Below, in pieces: positions 1 to 9,430 of a DNA stretch of 40,079 bases (positions are counted from its first letter, which is position 1; each line of letters opens with the position of its first letter). The DNA comes from Bacteroidales bacterium (GTDB lineage Bacteria > Bacteroidota > Bacteroidia > Bacteroidales > UBA3824): assembly GCA_045640025.1 (NCBI GenBank), contig JAZUEG010000552.1:1-40079 (forward strand). Reading direction: 5' to 3'. Position numbers and translations under genes: made by a program. The notes beneath the pieces were generated by a model. It saw only the letters and a list, made by a program, of their open reading frames with translations. It was not told where the DNA came from and ran no database searches.

Positions 1-3000
1 ATGCTGCGCGGTGTGCCGCCGTTGAATCTGATTCCGGATTTGGTGTAGCGGACCTCCTTCTTGTCGTGGTTGGCCTTCTTGCGGCCGTCCTTGCCGAAAC
101 GGCCCATCACATTCTTGAAGTACGGGATGTTCTTGTAAAGACGCTCGAAGTTGAGCGATCCGTTAAGTGTGAGGATTCCCGAATTGTTGATGATGTTGCC
201 GTGGTCTATGGTCATTACATCTGATGACATTCCCGATGCCACTTGCAATGGGTCGATACCGCGGTTCCATTCATAGTCGGCATTGTAGATTGCGTTAAGC
301 GATGTCCAGCCGAGGCCCGGAATCTTGTTGACAGGTGTCTGCCAGTTGAGCTTGATGTTCTGGGTGTAGCGTGTATTGTATCCCAGGTCGAAGTAGCGCA
401 TGAAGATGGTGTCGCGGTCGCGGGCCTTCTCGGTTGCGTAGTTGTCGATCTTGCCGTCGGGGTTTACACGGCTCTCGTTATTAGCTGAAAAATCGAGCTT
501 GAGATTCTGCGAGAGCTTGTAGCGGAGCTCGTAGCGGCGAGTCCAGTTGAAATCCTTCCTGTATGTGGGATCGAGGTAAGTATCGTTGGAATTCACGTTT
601 CGGTATTGTATCTGCGAATAGTTGCGGTCTATGTTTCCATTGAAGGCTATCATAGTTGGCAGCAGATAGAAATTGAAATCGCGGATAATGGCGAGATACT
701 TGTTTTTGAGGAAGCCGATCTTGCTGAACGGCTTGTAGTTCTTGGGATTGTAGGTGTAGTTGTATTCCAGAGTAGACTGCAATATCTTCTCGAGCTGGCT
801 CTGCACTGTGATGTCGTGCATGTAATATTCGCTGTAGGCCATACCCGCAGTAAAGTTGGATATGTGGTAGAATGGTTTCTGCTTGGCCTTGGGCTCATCG
901 AGCTTTATCTCCGACGGGTCTTTGTCGGGATTCTGGCGGATGGCTTTCTGGAGGCGCGCGTTCTGCTTGGCCTCGTCGCTGCGGCCTTCCATGTGCACAT
1001 TGGTGAGGTTGAGGCTCTTGCGGCGCTCGTATGTTATGGAGCGGTCGCGCACCTCGTCTTTCTCCTCCTTGGAGAGCAGTGGATCCTTCAATGTGGTATT
1101 GAGCTCGATATCGGGATCCAGCGGATTGTATTTGGGAAGCTCGTAGCTCTCGGAGTATCCGTAATAGAATGGCATTCGCACGTTGTAGTCGCTGTTGAAG
1201 AATTTGCCCAGCTGAACCAGTGTATTCACATCGTACTGATACACAGTTTCCTGATGGCGCTCCTGCACACGCTTCTCTATGCTGCCGAATCCCGGAGTGT
1301 GCATGTATCCTGTCATGGTGACAGTGGCGAGGTCGGCCAGCTGAAGCTCTGCCTTTCCGCGGGCAGCCCATCCGCCCTGCTCGTCAAAATCGGTGAGTCT
1401 CAGCTCATTAACCCAGATTTCGGCTGACTTGGGCATTCCATCGTCTTCCATCACATTGGACGACTGGGCCGGATTTCTTACACCAATCATTATGGTGCGT
1501 ATATTGCTCACATTGGGATTTCCCATTATAGTGATACGGCTGCCGTCGCCGTTCTCCATTGTAAACGGCATGGTGACAGCCACATTGTGACCAAGCTCGC
1601 GTGCGGCATTGTTGCGCTGCTGTTTTACGAGCTGAAGCTGCTCGAATATTATCTCCACATTATTCTGCAATGGCCATACAGCCAGACGGCCGTTGTCGTC
1701 GTCGGCATAGTAGCCCTCGGGAGTCACGGAGATGGGCATCTCGTATTCGTAATAGTTTTCCTTGTAGTCGGAGCCCAGGCGCACAAAGATGTGGAGGTCG
1801 TCGTCGTTGAGGATTTCGCCGGCCTTCTCCTCGGCGTGCACATACATCTTGAGCTTGCGGTACTGGCGGAGATCGAGCATGGCAGTCTTGTATGCTGCCA
1901 CGGCCTGTCCGTCGGGAAGGTTGGTGACATGGAGCGCCATTGCCTTCTCGTCCTGCTCCACTATCTGATTGGTCATGTAGTCGCGCTCGCGCTCTATGCC
2001 CGGAGGCAGCAGATAGTTTACAGGCTGTTTGCTTCCGTTCTCCTCCAGGCCCACGTTGGTGATATCGAGGATTCCCTGGTCGAACTGGGTATCGGTTACA
2101 AATTCTCCGGCCTCGGTCATGGTGGCGTTGTATTTTCGCCAGTCGCCGCGCACGAGGTTCATCTCGGCAAATCGGAGTATGATGTTTTTCTGCGCATTGG
2201 TAAGGTACATACGCAAGAACCTTATCGACTTGAAGTCGGAGATTGCACCCACTGTGCTATCAGGCTCGTAGATAGGCACTTTGAACTGATACCATTTTAC
2301 TACTTCCTGCTCGCCGTTTACGGTTTTCACATTGCTCTCCACGATATCGGTGATGTAGTTGGAACCTATGCGCATATCAGCTGGGCTCAGGTGAACCTTG
2401 TACTGATAGTACGATTCGGTCTCGGAGAGAGTGTTGTCGAGGTTGATATCCTCCACATCGGGATAGCGGTCCTTTATGGTGGAGTAGCTGGAGTTGCCGC
2501 CGAGGTCCGATGAGTTGCCCTCCGATCCGTTGTAATGCTTGTACCCCTCCTCTATCGAGAGGCGCTGCCCGTCGTAGTCGGATCCGCGAAAATAGTGGTA
2601 GTTGTCAGCTGAAGGGTCATTGTATGCCTGCTGATAAGCCTCCGAATCTGTGCCGTACATCCTGGCGATGCGGTCCAGATATTTCTGGTGGAAGATACGC
2701 TCCTCATCGTCGTCAAGACCGTCGAAACCCTTGTCCTGAGCCTCCTTGGCGCCGTTGGTGTTGTCGAAGGCGTTTACGAGGAATGTCTTGGTGGATACCA
2801 CACCCCAGGCCGTGGTGTCTATGTAGCTCTCGTCCATCGGATACGGGATACCATTCTCGAATGATTTTCTGGAATCCTTGAGCACATCCTCGCTCACATG
2901 TCCGAGATTGAAGTAGAGGTCGGCGCCCATGCCTTCCTGCTCGTAGATGAAGGGGTCGAGCATCCAGAATTCCAGATACTCGATGTTGGAAGTCTCGAAA

Positions 3001-5930
3001 TCGGTGGTAGTAAGCTCCCTCATTATACCGCCCCATCTGCTGGAAGGATTATTGAGCTTACCATCGGCATTGATACCAGCTGATATGCCGGTCTCGCCCT
3101 CCACATCAAAGTTGTAAGGGCCTCGCTCCTGAGGATAGTATGCAAGATTAAGCACCGTAAGCTGAGTGCTTATACCGCTGATGGACTGGGCATTTGGGAA
3201 AATCTCGCGCTCATATACAGCGCGTACGTAGTGGTTGCTCTGGTCGTCCTTGGTGATATGGCCCGGAGTAATTCCCGAACTCGAAATAGATGTGCCCTGA
3301 AGGTCGCTCAAAACATTGTACCACGCCAGGAGCGAACGGTTGTAGCCGTAGCGAAGGTCGTTGTTGAGCGATGCCTCGGCAAAACGCTTGGTGCCGCCCG
3401 GTGTGGATGCGAGCACCCACTTGGATAGCGACTTCACGTCGATCTTGGTCTGCGCGCTCTCAAAATCATCTATGTAGCAAGTGCCGGCCTTATCCACGCT
3501 GCGACTGTGGCCCGGGAGAAGCTGCGCAAACTCGCCCTCGAGGCTCAGCTTGCTGTCGGCCTTGGTGGATATCAGCGGAAGCTTGTCGATGATGGTTGTG
3601 AGAAAGGGCAGCGGAGTCGAGTATCTGGTATCGAGTCCCCAGATGGTGTTTTTGATAGGCTCGCTGCCCACCGATACCTTGTTGGTCATGGTTTTCTCGG
3701 AAAGCCTCATCACGGTACCGCCGATGTTGAAATTGTCGCTGAACTGGTAATTGAGGTGGGTACCCATGAGCGACTTGGTGGTGCTGTTGAATGTAGTATT
3801 GCTCTCTACTGATACCAGTATCTTGTTGCCTCCCTGAAGGATAGACTCGTTGACAATCTTGACCGAGCCCAGCAGATAATCCACTACGTAATCGGAGCCC
3901 TCGGTAAGGGTCATGCCTCCGCAGGTAACCTTCACCGAGCCTTCCTCTATGTTCATAGCGTTAAGTGAGATCTCGCTTCCCGAGCTGCTCTTGTACGATC
4001 CGGTAATGTAGAATTTGTCTTTTTCGGCATTCTGCTTGGCCACAGTCTTGGTGCTGTCGTACAGCTGAGGGAATGTGTATTTGGCGGCGGCCGACGGGTC
4101 GTTGATTCTCTCGGCCAGATAGTCGCCGAAAGGTTCCAGCTGAGGGAGATAGATTTTGGCCTTCTCGCTGTTTATCGTTACGCCTTCTATGAAATCGAAT
4201 ACACCATCAGGCATGCGCTCGAGCTTGGTGTTGGCATTGTCGAGGTTGAGCACCTTGATGAGCATCTTTCCGTCTATGTCGCCGGCTTCCAGATAGTTGA
4301 GGTCGGTTCCGGTCTTGTCGTTGCGGTATTTGATCTGAAGGCGGAAGTCCTCGCTCTGCACCTGGTAGGCATTGAGCGAATACACGTTTTTCATCATGAG
4401 CTTCCAGTTGGGGAGCTTGGGCGAGAATGCCGTGCCGCGCAGAAGCTTCAGGATGAGTGTCTCCGATGTATTGATTTCGGTGGAAAACTCTCCTACTTTG
4501 TAGGTCTTGCCCTTGTATGTATATTCGTATGCCACGGCCAGCACCTCGTCGTCCTGCAGTGAAGTATTTAGCGATATGAAACCGAGCTGAGGATTCAGCG
4601 TGTATTCCGACTGCGAGAGCATTCTTGCGTTTCCAATCTTCTCGTAGTCGGTGCCGGTCTCAAAACGTCCGTTCAGTGTGCTTGTTACAGAGTTGATGTC
4701 GCGGATGGCCTTGTAGCTGTTGGTAATGAGGGCGTAGAGAGAATTTGCGCCATTAGCTGGAAAATCCCCTACCGACTTACGGACAGCCGAGCGGTTGTAG
4801 ATGACCTCCGGCTCGCCGAGGTCGAGGAATGCCACCGAGTTTCTGGAATTGTCGGTGGAGAGCTTGGTGTTGGTGACCCAGACCTCTATCTTGGTGATAT
4901 TGATGCCCGATGTAATGGTGGGCAGATTCTGGAGCGCGGTCTCGTAATTGTTGCGGAAGTAGTGGTTGAGGAAGAAGTGGCGGTTGGCCTCATAATCAGA
5001 TGCTTGTATCGAGAATTCCTGCTGAACCGCTCCGGCGTTTACCTCTATGGTTTTGGTTTCGCCTTTCTGCTGCGATAGTACAGCTGATGCCGTCAACCGT
5101 CCGAACTTGAGGTCGGTCTTTACGCCAAAGAGAGTGGTGCTTCCCTGAATGAGTGTGCCGTTGAGCGGCATGGAGACATTGCCGAACTCTATGCGCTGGA
5201 TTATCTCGTCGCTGTGGCCGATGTACTCCACCTTCTGGTCGTTCTCGAATTCGAATGTGGACTCGGTGTTGTAGTTGAGGCCCACCTTCATCTTGTCGCC
5301 GATGGTTCCGGTAACGCCCACCTGGAGTTTCATGTCGAAATCAAACGATACATCGTTTCTCTGTTTCTTGGGCAGGGTAAAGTTGTCTACCTTGCTGATA
5401 TCCACACCCATGGACACCTCCACGTTTCCCTGCGGCTTGATGTCGATGATATTGCTGCCAAACACGCGGTCGAAACCCTGCAAGTTTACATTGATGCGGG
5501 GATTGAGATATCTGCTGAGGCCCGACTGGTTGTTCTTGTCGCTCAGGGTGTAGAGGTCCATCATCTGACGTCGCCAGTATTCCCTGAGCTCTGTGCGGCT
5601 CTGCACCGAGTCGTGCTCCTGTGCCGATATCAGCTGAGGTCTCGATATCTCCAGGTCGCCCACCTTGCGCACGGTGGTGTACTGGCCGGAGGCGTTGTCG
5701 TATCTGGTCTCGGTGGTTATGTTGTCAGGGTCCTTGAGCTGAACAGGGAAATTCCTGCGCTCCCTATTGGTGGGGATGCCCGAATCCGACTCAACTCTTG
5801 GTTTGGCCATCAGCTCCCTATACGGCACAGCATTATCCGACAGGGAGTTGTGGGCTCCCGACGAGAAAAACGAAGCTGCGATAATTGCGAATGCTCCGGC
5901 GAAACCTATAGTTCGGTTAATTTTTTTCAT
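1..5930 (-). CDS. sprA: T9SS translocon / gliding-motility protein SprA (Sov family). The N-terminal ~1976 codons are present and the 3' end runs off the left edge of the window.
   Basis: There is no stop in the window, so it is missing from the ORF track. The reverse complement from ATG 5930..5928 gives MKKINRTIGFAGAFAIIAASFFSS (signal peptide) ...RPQLISAQEHDSVQSRTELREYWRRQMM...IDIKPQGNVEVSMGVDISK...VGLNYNTESTFEFENDQKVEY...IQRIEFGNVSMPL...EANRHFFLNHYFRNNYE...ITKIEVWVTNTK, which I recognise as SprA family. I translated the first ~1.2 kb and the last 60 nt in frame without stops. Every other listed minus-strand ORF in 1..5930 is in a different frame. The long plus-strand ORFs are V/G/L/H-rich antisense shadows. 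The gene starts 4 nt after the ruvA stop, and ruvA-sprA linkage is known in Flavobacterium johnsoniae. Confidence 0.85.
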   Translation of the reverse strand, partial: MKKINRTIGFAGAFAIIAASFFSSGAHNSLSDNAVPYRELMAKPRVESDSGIPTNRERRNFPVQLKDPDNITTETRYDNASGQYTTVRKVGDLEISRPQLISAQEHDSVQSRTELREYWRRQMMDLYTLSDKNNQSGLSRYLNPRINVNLQGFDRVFGSNIIDIKPQGNVEVSMGVDISKVDNFTLPKKQRNDVSFDFDMKLQVGVTGTIGDKMKVGLNYNTESTFEFENDQKVEYIGHSDEIIQRIEFGNVSMPLNGTLIQGSTTLFGVKTDLKFGRLTASAVLSQQKGETKTIEVNAGAVQQEFSIQASDYEANRHFFLNHYFRNNYETALQNLPTITSGINITKIEVWVTNTKLSTDNSRNSVAFLDLGEPEVIYNRSAVRKSVGDFPANGANSLYALITNSYKAIRDINSVTSTLNGRFETGTDYEKIGNARMLSQSEYTLNPQLGFISLNTSLQDDEVLAVAYEYTYKGKTYKVGEFSTEINTSETLILKLLRGTAFSPKLPNWKLMMKNVYSLNAYQVQSEDFRLQIKYRNDKTGTDLNYLEAGDIDGKMLIKVLNLDNANTKLERMPDGVFDFIEGVTINSEKAKIYLPQLEPFGDYLAERINDPSAAAKYTFPQLYDSTKTVAKQNAEKDKFYITGSYKSSSGSEISLNAMNIEEGSVKVTCGGMTLTEGSDYVVDYLLGSVKIVNESILQGGNKILVSVESNTTFNSTTKSLMGTHLNYQFSDNFNIGGTVMRLSEKTMTNKVSVGSEPIKNTIWGLDTRYSTPLPFLTTIIDKLPLISTKADSKLSLEGEFAQLLPGHSRSVDKAGTCYIDDFESAQTKIDVKSLSKWVLASTPGGTKRFAEASLNNDLRYGYNRSLLAWYNVLSDLQGTSISSSGITPGHITKDDQSNHYVRAVYEREIFPNAQSISGISTQLTVLNLAYYPQERGPYNFDVEGETGISAGINADGKLNNPSSRWGGIMRELTTTDFETSNIEYLEFWMLDPFIYEQEGMGADLYFNLGHVSEDVLKDSRKSFENGIPYPMDESYIDTTAWGVVSTKTFLVNAFDNTNGAKEAQDKGFDGLDDDEERIFHQKYLDRIARMYGTDSEAYQQAYNDPSADNYHYFRGSDYDGQRLSIEEGYKHYNGSEGNSSDLGGNSSYSTIKDRYPDVEDINLDNTLSETESYYQYKVHLSPADMRIGSNYITDIVESNVKTVNGEQEVVKWYQFKVPIYEPDSTVGAISDFKSIRFLRMYLTNAQKNIILRFAEMNLVRGDWRKYNATMTEAGEFVTDTQFDQGILDITNVGLEENGSKQPVNYLLPPGIERERDYMTNQIVEQDEKAMALHVTNLPDGQAVAAYKTAMLDLRQYRKLKMYVHAEEKAGEILNDDDLHIFVRLGSDYKENYYEYEMPISVTPEGYYADDDNGRLAVWPLQNNVEIIFEQLQLVKQQRNNAARELGHNVAVTMPFTMENGDGSRITIMGNPNVSNIRTIMIGVRNPAQSSNVMEDDGMPKSAEIWVNELRLTDFDEQGGWAARGKAELQLADLATVTMTGYMHTPGFGSIEKRVQERHQETVYQYDVNTLVQLGKFFNSDYNVRMPFYYGYSESYELPKYNPLDPDIELNTTLKDPLLSKEEKDEVRDRSITYERRKSLNLTNVHMEGRSDEAKQNARLQKAIRQNPDKDPSEIKLDEPKAKQKPFYHISNFTAGMAYSEYYMHDITVQSQLEKILQSTLEYNYTYNPKNYKPFSKIGFLKNKYLAIIRDFNFYLLPTMIAFNGNIDRNYSQIQYRNVNSNDTYLDPTYRKDFNWTRRYELRYKLSQNLKLDFSANNESRVNPDGKIDNYATEKARDRDTIFMRYFDLGYNTRYTQNIKLNWQTPVNKIPGLGWTSLNAIYNADYEWNRGIDPLQVASGMSSDVMTIDHGNIINNSGILTLNGSLNFERLYKNIPYFKNVMGRFGKDGRKKANHDKKEVRYTKSGIRFNGGTPRS
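4748..4758 (-). repeat. Copy of over-represented word AGCTAATGGCG
   Basis: The plus strand reads CGCCATTAGCT. It lies inside sprA in the sense frame GCT-AAT-GGC-G (PANGA). Confidence 0.9.
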
Positions 5931-5934
5931 GTGG

Positions 5935-6534
5935 CTACTTAACGTTTCTTAAAGCAAATTTTATGAGGTCCTCGGTGCTCATTCTCGGGTTGGATGCCAG
6001 AGCCTGGTCTATAGCCTTGTCGGCCTGTCCCTTCTGGTATCCGAGCATTATGAGAGCAGCCAGAGCCTCCTCGCGGTGGGTGCCTGTGGCCTGCACATTA
6101 GCTACGCCATTAGCTCCATCCATCACATCGGCCTTGGCTATCTTGTCCTTGAGCTCTATTACCACACGCTGGGCAGTCTTGGGGCCAATGCCCTTAACCT
6201 TGCCTATCAGCTTGGCGTTTTCCTGGAGGATAGCGGCCTGCAGCTCTGCCGGACTCATCGACGAGAGTATCACCCTGGCGGTATTGGGGCCAATGCCCGA
6301 TACATCTATGAGCATGCGGAATATCTCGCGCTCGCTCTTATCGGCAAACCCGTAGAGCTGCTGAGTGTCTTCCCTCACAACGTGGTGGACATATAATTTT
6401 GCTTTTTCCTGATTCTCGAGCTGAGAATAGGTGTTCAATGATATGTTGATGAGCCAGCCGATGCCGCCGCCATTTTCCACAACGGCGTACGACGGATTGA
6501 GCTCGGCCAAAATTCCTGATATATATTCGTACAT
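5935..6534 (-). CDS. ruvA: Holliday junction branch migration complex subunit RuvA
   Basis: 199 aa. It has the MYEYISG N-terminus, helix-hairpin-helix motifs (VSGIGPNTARVIL, KGIGPKTAQRVVIELKDK) and a C-terminal domain III (EEALAALIMLGYQK). Confidence 0.92.
   Translation of the reverse strand: MYEYISGILAELNPSYAVVENGGGIGWLINISLNTYSQLENQEKAKLYVHHVVREDTQQLYGFADKSEREIFRMLIDVSGIGPNTARVILSSMSPAELQAAILQENAKLIGKVKGIGPKTAQRVVIELKDKIAKADVMDGANGVANVQATGTHREEALAALIMLGYQKGQADKAIDQALASNPRMSTEDLIKFALRNVK
6105..6115 (-). repeat. Copy of AGCTAATGGCG, followed by a second AGCTAATG
   Basis: The plus strand reads CGCCATTAGCT, with a further CATTAGCT at 6096..6103. It lies inside the ruvA linker in sense (GANGVANV). 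Confidence 0.9.
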
Positions 6535-6548
6535 GGTATTATAATTAC

Positions 6549-7169
6549 TTACAGTTCTCCATTCTCTATCCTTATGATGATATCCTCTATCATGCGGTCT
6601 TCCATGGTGGCATCGTATTCGGATTTCAGGTTGCTGCCAAACAGACGTGCAATTCCCTGAAACAGAAACGCGTTGAAACCGCCCTTCAGGTCCTTGAGCA
6701 CCTCGTAGGTAGTGCTTCCGGTCTCGCGGTCCACCAGCTTGATGAGTATTCGGCCCTGGGTGATGCTCAGATGCACAAGCTCGTCCTCAAACTGGGCTCG
6801 GAGCTTCTTCTCCTGGGCTTTCACAAATTCCTTCTGCTCTTTCTCGGTAGGAATCTTCGATATCGAATCGGTAAGCTCGCGATATACTTTCTTGATGAGC
6901 TTGGCGTATGGCCAAACCTTCTTGACATTGTATGTAAGCCTGTCGTAAGCCTGTTTCTGGCGCTTGGTACGCAGGATGAGCTTCGGCTTTATCACTATAG
7001 GATAATGCTGCACCATGAGTATGGTATCATGGTTCTCTATTCTGGCGGCGTAGGTCCTGGCCCTCGATACACGCTCCGGATCCTTGAGCTCATCGCCCTG
7101 GAGTATAATCTGCGCACGGCCGGCCGCCGACATCAAAAACATAATCGCCAACAATAGCAATTTTTTCAT
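6549..7169 (-). CDS. Secreted DUF4294-like protein
   Basis: 206 aa with signal peptide MKKLLLLAIMFLMSAAGRAQ. Segments LSITQGRILIKLVDRETG and FQGIARLFG are recalled as the DUF4294 family of Bacteroidota. Clean ORF upstream of ruvA. Confidence 0.65.
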   Translation of the reverse strand: MKKLLLLAIMFLMSAAGRAQIILQGDELKDPERVSRARTYAARIENHDTILMVQHYPIVIKPKLILRTKRQKQAYDRLTYNVKKVWPYAKLIKKVYRELTDSISKIPTEKEQKEFVKAQEKKLRAQFEDELVHLSITQGRILIKLVDRETGSTTYEVLKDLKGGFNAFLFQGIARLFGSNLKSEYDATMEDRMIEDIIIRIENGEL

Positions 7170-7314
7170 ACTTATTCTCGATTAATTACAATAATCCTAA
7201 TTTATAAAATTTGATACAAAAGTAAGGTAATATCGGCACTTAACAATGTTAAATATTTGTATTTTTGAAAAAAAATCTGAAATTTGCAGGCCTAATAACA
7301 AAAAACACAAAGAA

Positions 7315-8229
7315 ATGATAGCTCCACACCTACATCACGGCGATACAATAGGCATCATAGCGCCCGCCGGCCCCATCAGCGAGGCACAGCTACACAGCGC
7401 CGAGGGCAAGATACTCCATGCCGGATACAAGCCATTGGCAGCTAATGGCGTATTATCACGCAACGGCTATCTTGCCGGCAGCGACGAGGCCCGCGCCCAG
7501 CAGATAAACTCCATGTTCGCAAATCCCGACGTAAAGGCAATTATCTGTGCACGAGGCGGATACGGCACCACACGTATACTGGACCTTCTGGACTACGACC
7601 TCATAGCACGCAATCCCAAAATCATAGGCGGATATTCCGACATCACCGCCCTCACAATGGCCATCTGGAAGAAAACCAACCTCGTGACATTCCACTCATC
7701 AATGCTGGTGCCCGAGGACACAGAATATACGCGAACCTCAATGTGGAATATTTTCAGCCACGGATCCCGCGGATACAAGATACTCTGCGAGCCGCAATCG
7801 GGCGACGGCGTGGTAATGAAAGCCGGCCGCGCGCAGGGCACTCTCATAGGCGGCAATCTTACATTACTGGAGCAGCTGATAGGCACAAAATACGACTACA
7901 CCCTCCACAACAAGATCCTCTTCGTGGAAGAAATCAACGAGCCGCCCTACAAGGTGGACCGTATGCTCACACACATCCGCAACACTAAAAACATGAGCGG
8001 ACTCAAGGGAATAATCTTCGGCAAGATGCAGGGATGCGAGGCCCAGGGCGACAACAGCCTTGCCCTCCAGGAAGTTCTCAACGATTTTGTATCAGGACTC
8101 GATATCCCGGTAGTAAAAGATTTCAGCTTCGGCCACGTAAAATCGCGATGCACCCTTCCCGTTGGAGCCAAAGTGTCTCTTCGCACCGACAAGATGGAAA
8201 TCCGCCTGCTGGAAGACGTGGTGATGTAA
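7315..8229 (+). CDS. ldcA: LD-carboxypeptidase (peptidase S66 family)
   Basis: Motifs GDTIGIIAPAGP, ARGGYGT, GYSDITAL (nucleophile Ser) and FGH near the C-terminus. The ORF opens at 7246, but I prefer ATG 7315 (MIAPHLHHGDTIG...), because a TAnnTTTG-type box (TATTTTTG, 7260..7267) lies inside the longer version. Confidence 0.82.
   Translation: MIAPHLHHGDTIGIIAPAGPISEAQLHSAEGKILHAGYKPLAANGVLSRNGYLAGSDEARAQQINSMFANPDVKAIICARGGYGTTRILDLLDYDLIARNPKIIGGYSDITALTMAIWKKTNLVTFHSSMLVPEDTEYTRTSMWNIFSHGSRGYKILCEPQSGDGVVMKAGRAQGTLIGGNLTLLEQLIGTKYDYTLHNKILFVEEINEPPYKVDRMLTHIRNTKNMSGLKGIIFGKMQGCEAQGDNSLALQEVLNDFVSGLDIPVVKDFSFGHVKSRCTLPVGAKVSLRTDKMEIRLLEDVVM
7440..7450 (+). repeat. Copy of AGCTAATGGCG
   Basis: It lies inside ldcA in sense (AANGV). 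The 19-mer at 7438..7456 is identical at 18 of 19 positions to 9263..9281. Confidence 0.9.
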
Positions 8230-8253
8230 AGAGTAAAGCTTAAAGTGTAAAGT

Positions 8254-9357
8254 TTAAAGACTCTCCTCCCATTCGTATCTTGAATTTCTGCGGCAAGGGA
8301 TGAAGCCAGCCTCGCGGATGGCGATTACCATCTCGTTCTTATCGAGCGAGTAGTTGGCACCGGCCGACGACACCACGTGCTCCTCCATCATTATGGACCC
8401 GAAGTCGTTGGCGCCCGAGTGCAGGCAAACCTGCGCCACGCCCTTTCCCACAGTAAGCCACGAGGCCTGTATATTCCTGATATTGGTAAGCATAATTCTC
8501 GATATCGCAATCATACGGACATATTCGTCGCCCTCAATCCTGGCGAACGCCCCCATCTCCTTCTCCAGGCGAGTGCCTTCGCTCCAGAACGGCCATGGAA
8601 TAAAAGTAATGAAGCCCTCGGAATAGTCAGGCTTGCGGCTCTGAGTCTCGCGCAACGCCACAAGGTGCTCTATGCGCTCGCGCACTGTCTCCACATGACC
8701 GAACATCATGGTAGCTGATGTCGCGAGATTCAGCACGTGCGCCTGATGCATCACCTCCAGCCATTCAGCAGCCGTGCACTTGGCCGGCGATACAATCCTG
8801 CGAACCCTGTCCACAAGAATCTCGGCACCCGCACCCGGCAGGCTGTCGAGTCCCGATTCGTTGAGAGTCTTCAGCGTATCATAATACGAGAGGTTGCTCA
8901 CCTTGCTCAGATAAGCCACCTCCGCCGGACCCAGGGCATGAAGTATCAGCCCGGGAAACTCACGTTTCAGCTCCGAAAAAAGACCAGTATAAAAATCGAG
9001 CCCCATATCCTTGTTCATGCCGCCCTGGAGCAGAATCTGGCGTCCTCCGGCAGCGAAAAGCTCATTAATCTTCTGCTTGTACTCATCCATCGTAGTTACA
9101 TAAGCATCAGGAGCATTCTTGCTTCTCGAAAAATTACAGAACTTGCATCTTGTGGAGCAGATATTCGATAGATTGATATTGCGGTCTATTATCCAGCCCA
9201 CCTTCTTGCGGTCGGCCTCGGGGCGCAACTTGTTCTTGATCTCATTGGCCACATAGCTCAGTGCAGCTAATGGCGCATTATTATACAAATACTCGCCCTC
9301 GTCCACAGTGAGGGGTTCCTGATTCAATGCTCTTGAAAGTAATTCTTCGATATTCAT
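8254..9357 (-). CDS. Radical SAM enzyme of the CofH/MqnC/MqnE family (menaquinone biosynthesis via futalosine)
   Basis: Starts at MNIEELLSRAL (ATG 9357). It has the CxxxCxxC cluster motif NICSTRCKFCNF, followed by ILLQGG, GAEIL, ATMMFGHVE and HSGANDFGS. The 81-codon upstream extension in the ORF track (to 9600) overlaps the divergent neighbour and looks non-coding. Confidence 0.75.
   Translation of the reverse strand: MNIEELLSRALNQEPLTVDEGEYLYNNAPLAALSYVANEIKNKLRPEADRKKVGWIIDRNINLSNICSTRCKFCNFSRSKNAPDAYVTTMDEYKQKINELFAAGGRQILLQGGMNKDMGLDFYTGLFSELKREFPGLILHALGPAEVAYLSKVSNLSYYDTLKTLNESGLDSLPGAGAEILVDRVRRIVSPAKCTAAEWLEVMHQAHVLNLATSATMMFGHVETVRERIEHLVALRETQSRKPDYSEGFITFIPWPFWSEGTRLEKEMGAFARIEGDEYVRMIAISRIMLTNIRNIQASWLTVGKGVAQVCLHSGANDFGSIMMEEHVVSSAGANYSLDKNEMVIAIREAGFIPCRRNSRYEWEESL
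9265..9275 (+). repeat. Copy of AGCTAATGGCG
   Basis: It is antisense to the radical SAM gene, which reads GCG-CCA-TTA-GCT-GCA (APLAA). Confidence 0.9.
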
Positions 9358-9380
9358 GGCTGCTGTAATAAAATTTGGGA

Positions 9381-9407
9381 CAAATTTACAAAAAGTTTGT
9401 AAATTTG
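9381..9407. promoter_or_regulatory. Perfect 12-bp inverted repeat containing two outward-facing TAAATTTG (-7 type) boxes, giving divergent back-to-back promoters
   Basis: CAAATTTACAAA (9381..9392), aag, TTTGTAAATTTG (9396..9407). Each arm read outward contains TAAATTTG, which matches the Bacteroides sigma-A -7 consensus TAnnTTTG. There are 23 nt between each box and its ATG (9357 on minus, 9431 on plus). Confidence 0.5.
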
Positions 9408-9430
9408 TAACCAAATAAAAAAAACAAGAG

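Noticed and set aside
606-5942. Long plus-strand ORFs (606..1427, 1587..2513, 5214..5942 and several shorter ones), plus short minus-strand ORFs listed over the first 6 kb.
   Set aside because: They are V/G/L/H/A-rich with no recognisable motifs. They lie antisense or out of frame to an uninterrupted SprA-encoding frame, so they are classic shadow ORFs of a high-GC3 gene.
8227-8256. Reiterated GTAAAG/TTAAAG words (gtaaagagtaaagcttaaagtgtaaagtttaaag) in the 24-bp spacer between the convergent ldcA and radical SAM genes.
   Set aside because: It is too short to distinguish from chance in an AT-rich stop-codon-dense junction, and it has no hairpin or flanking structure.
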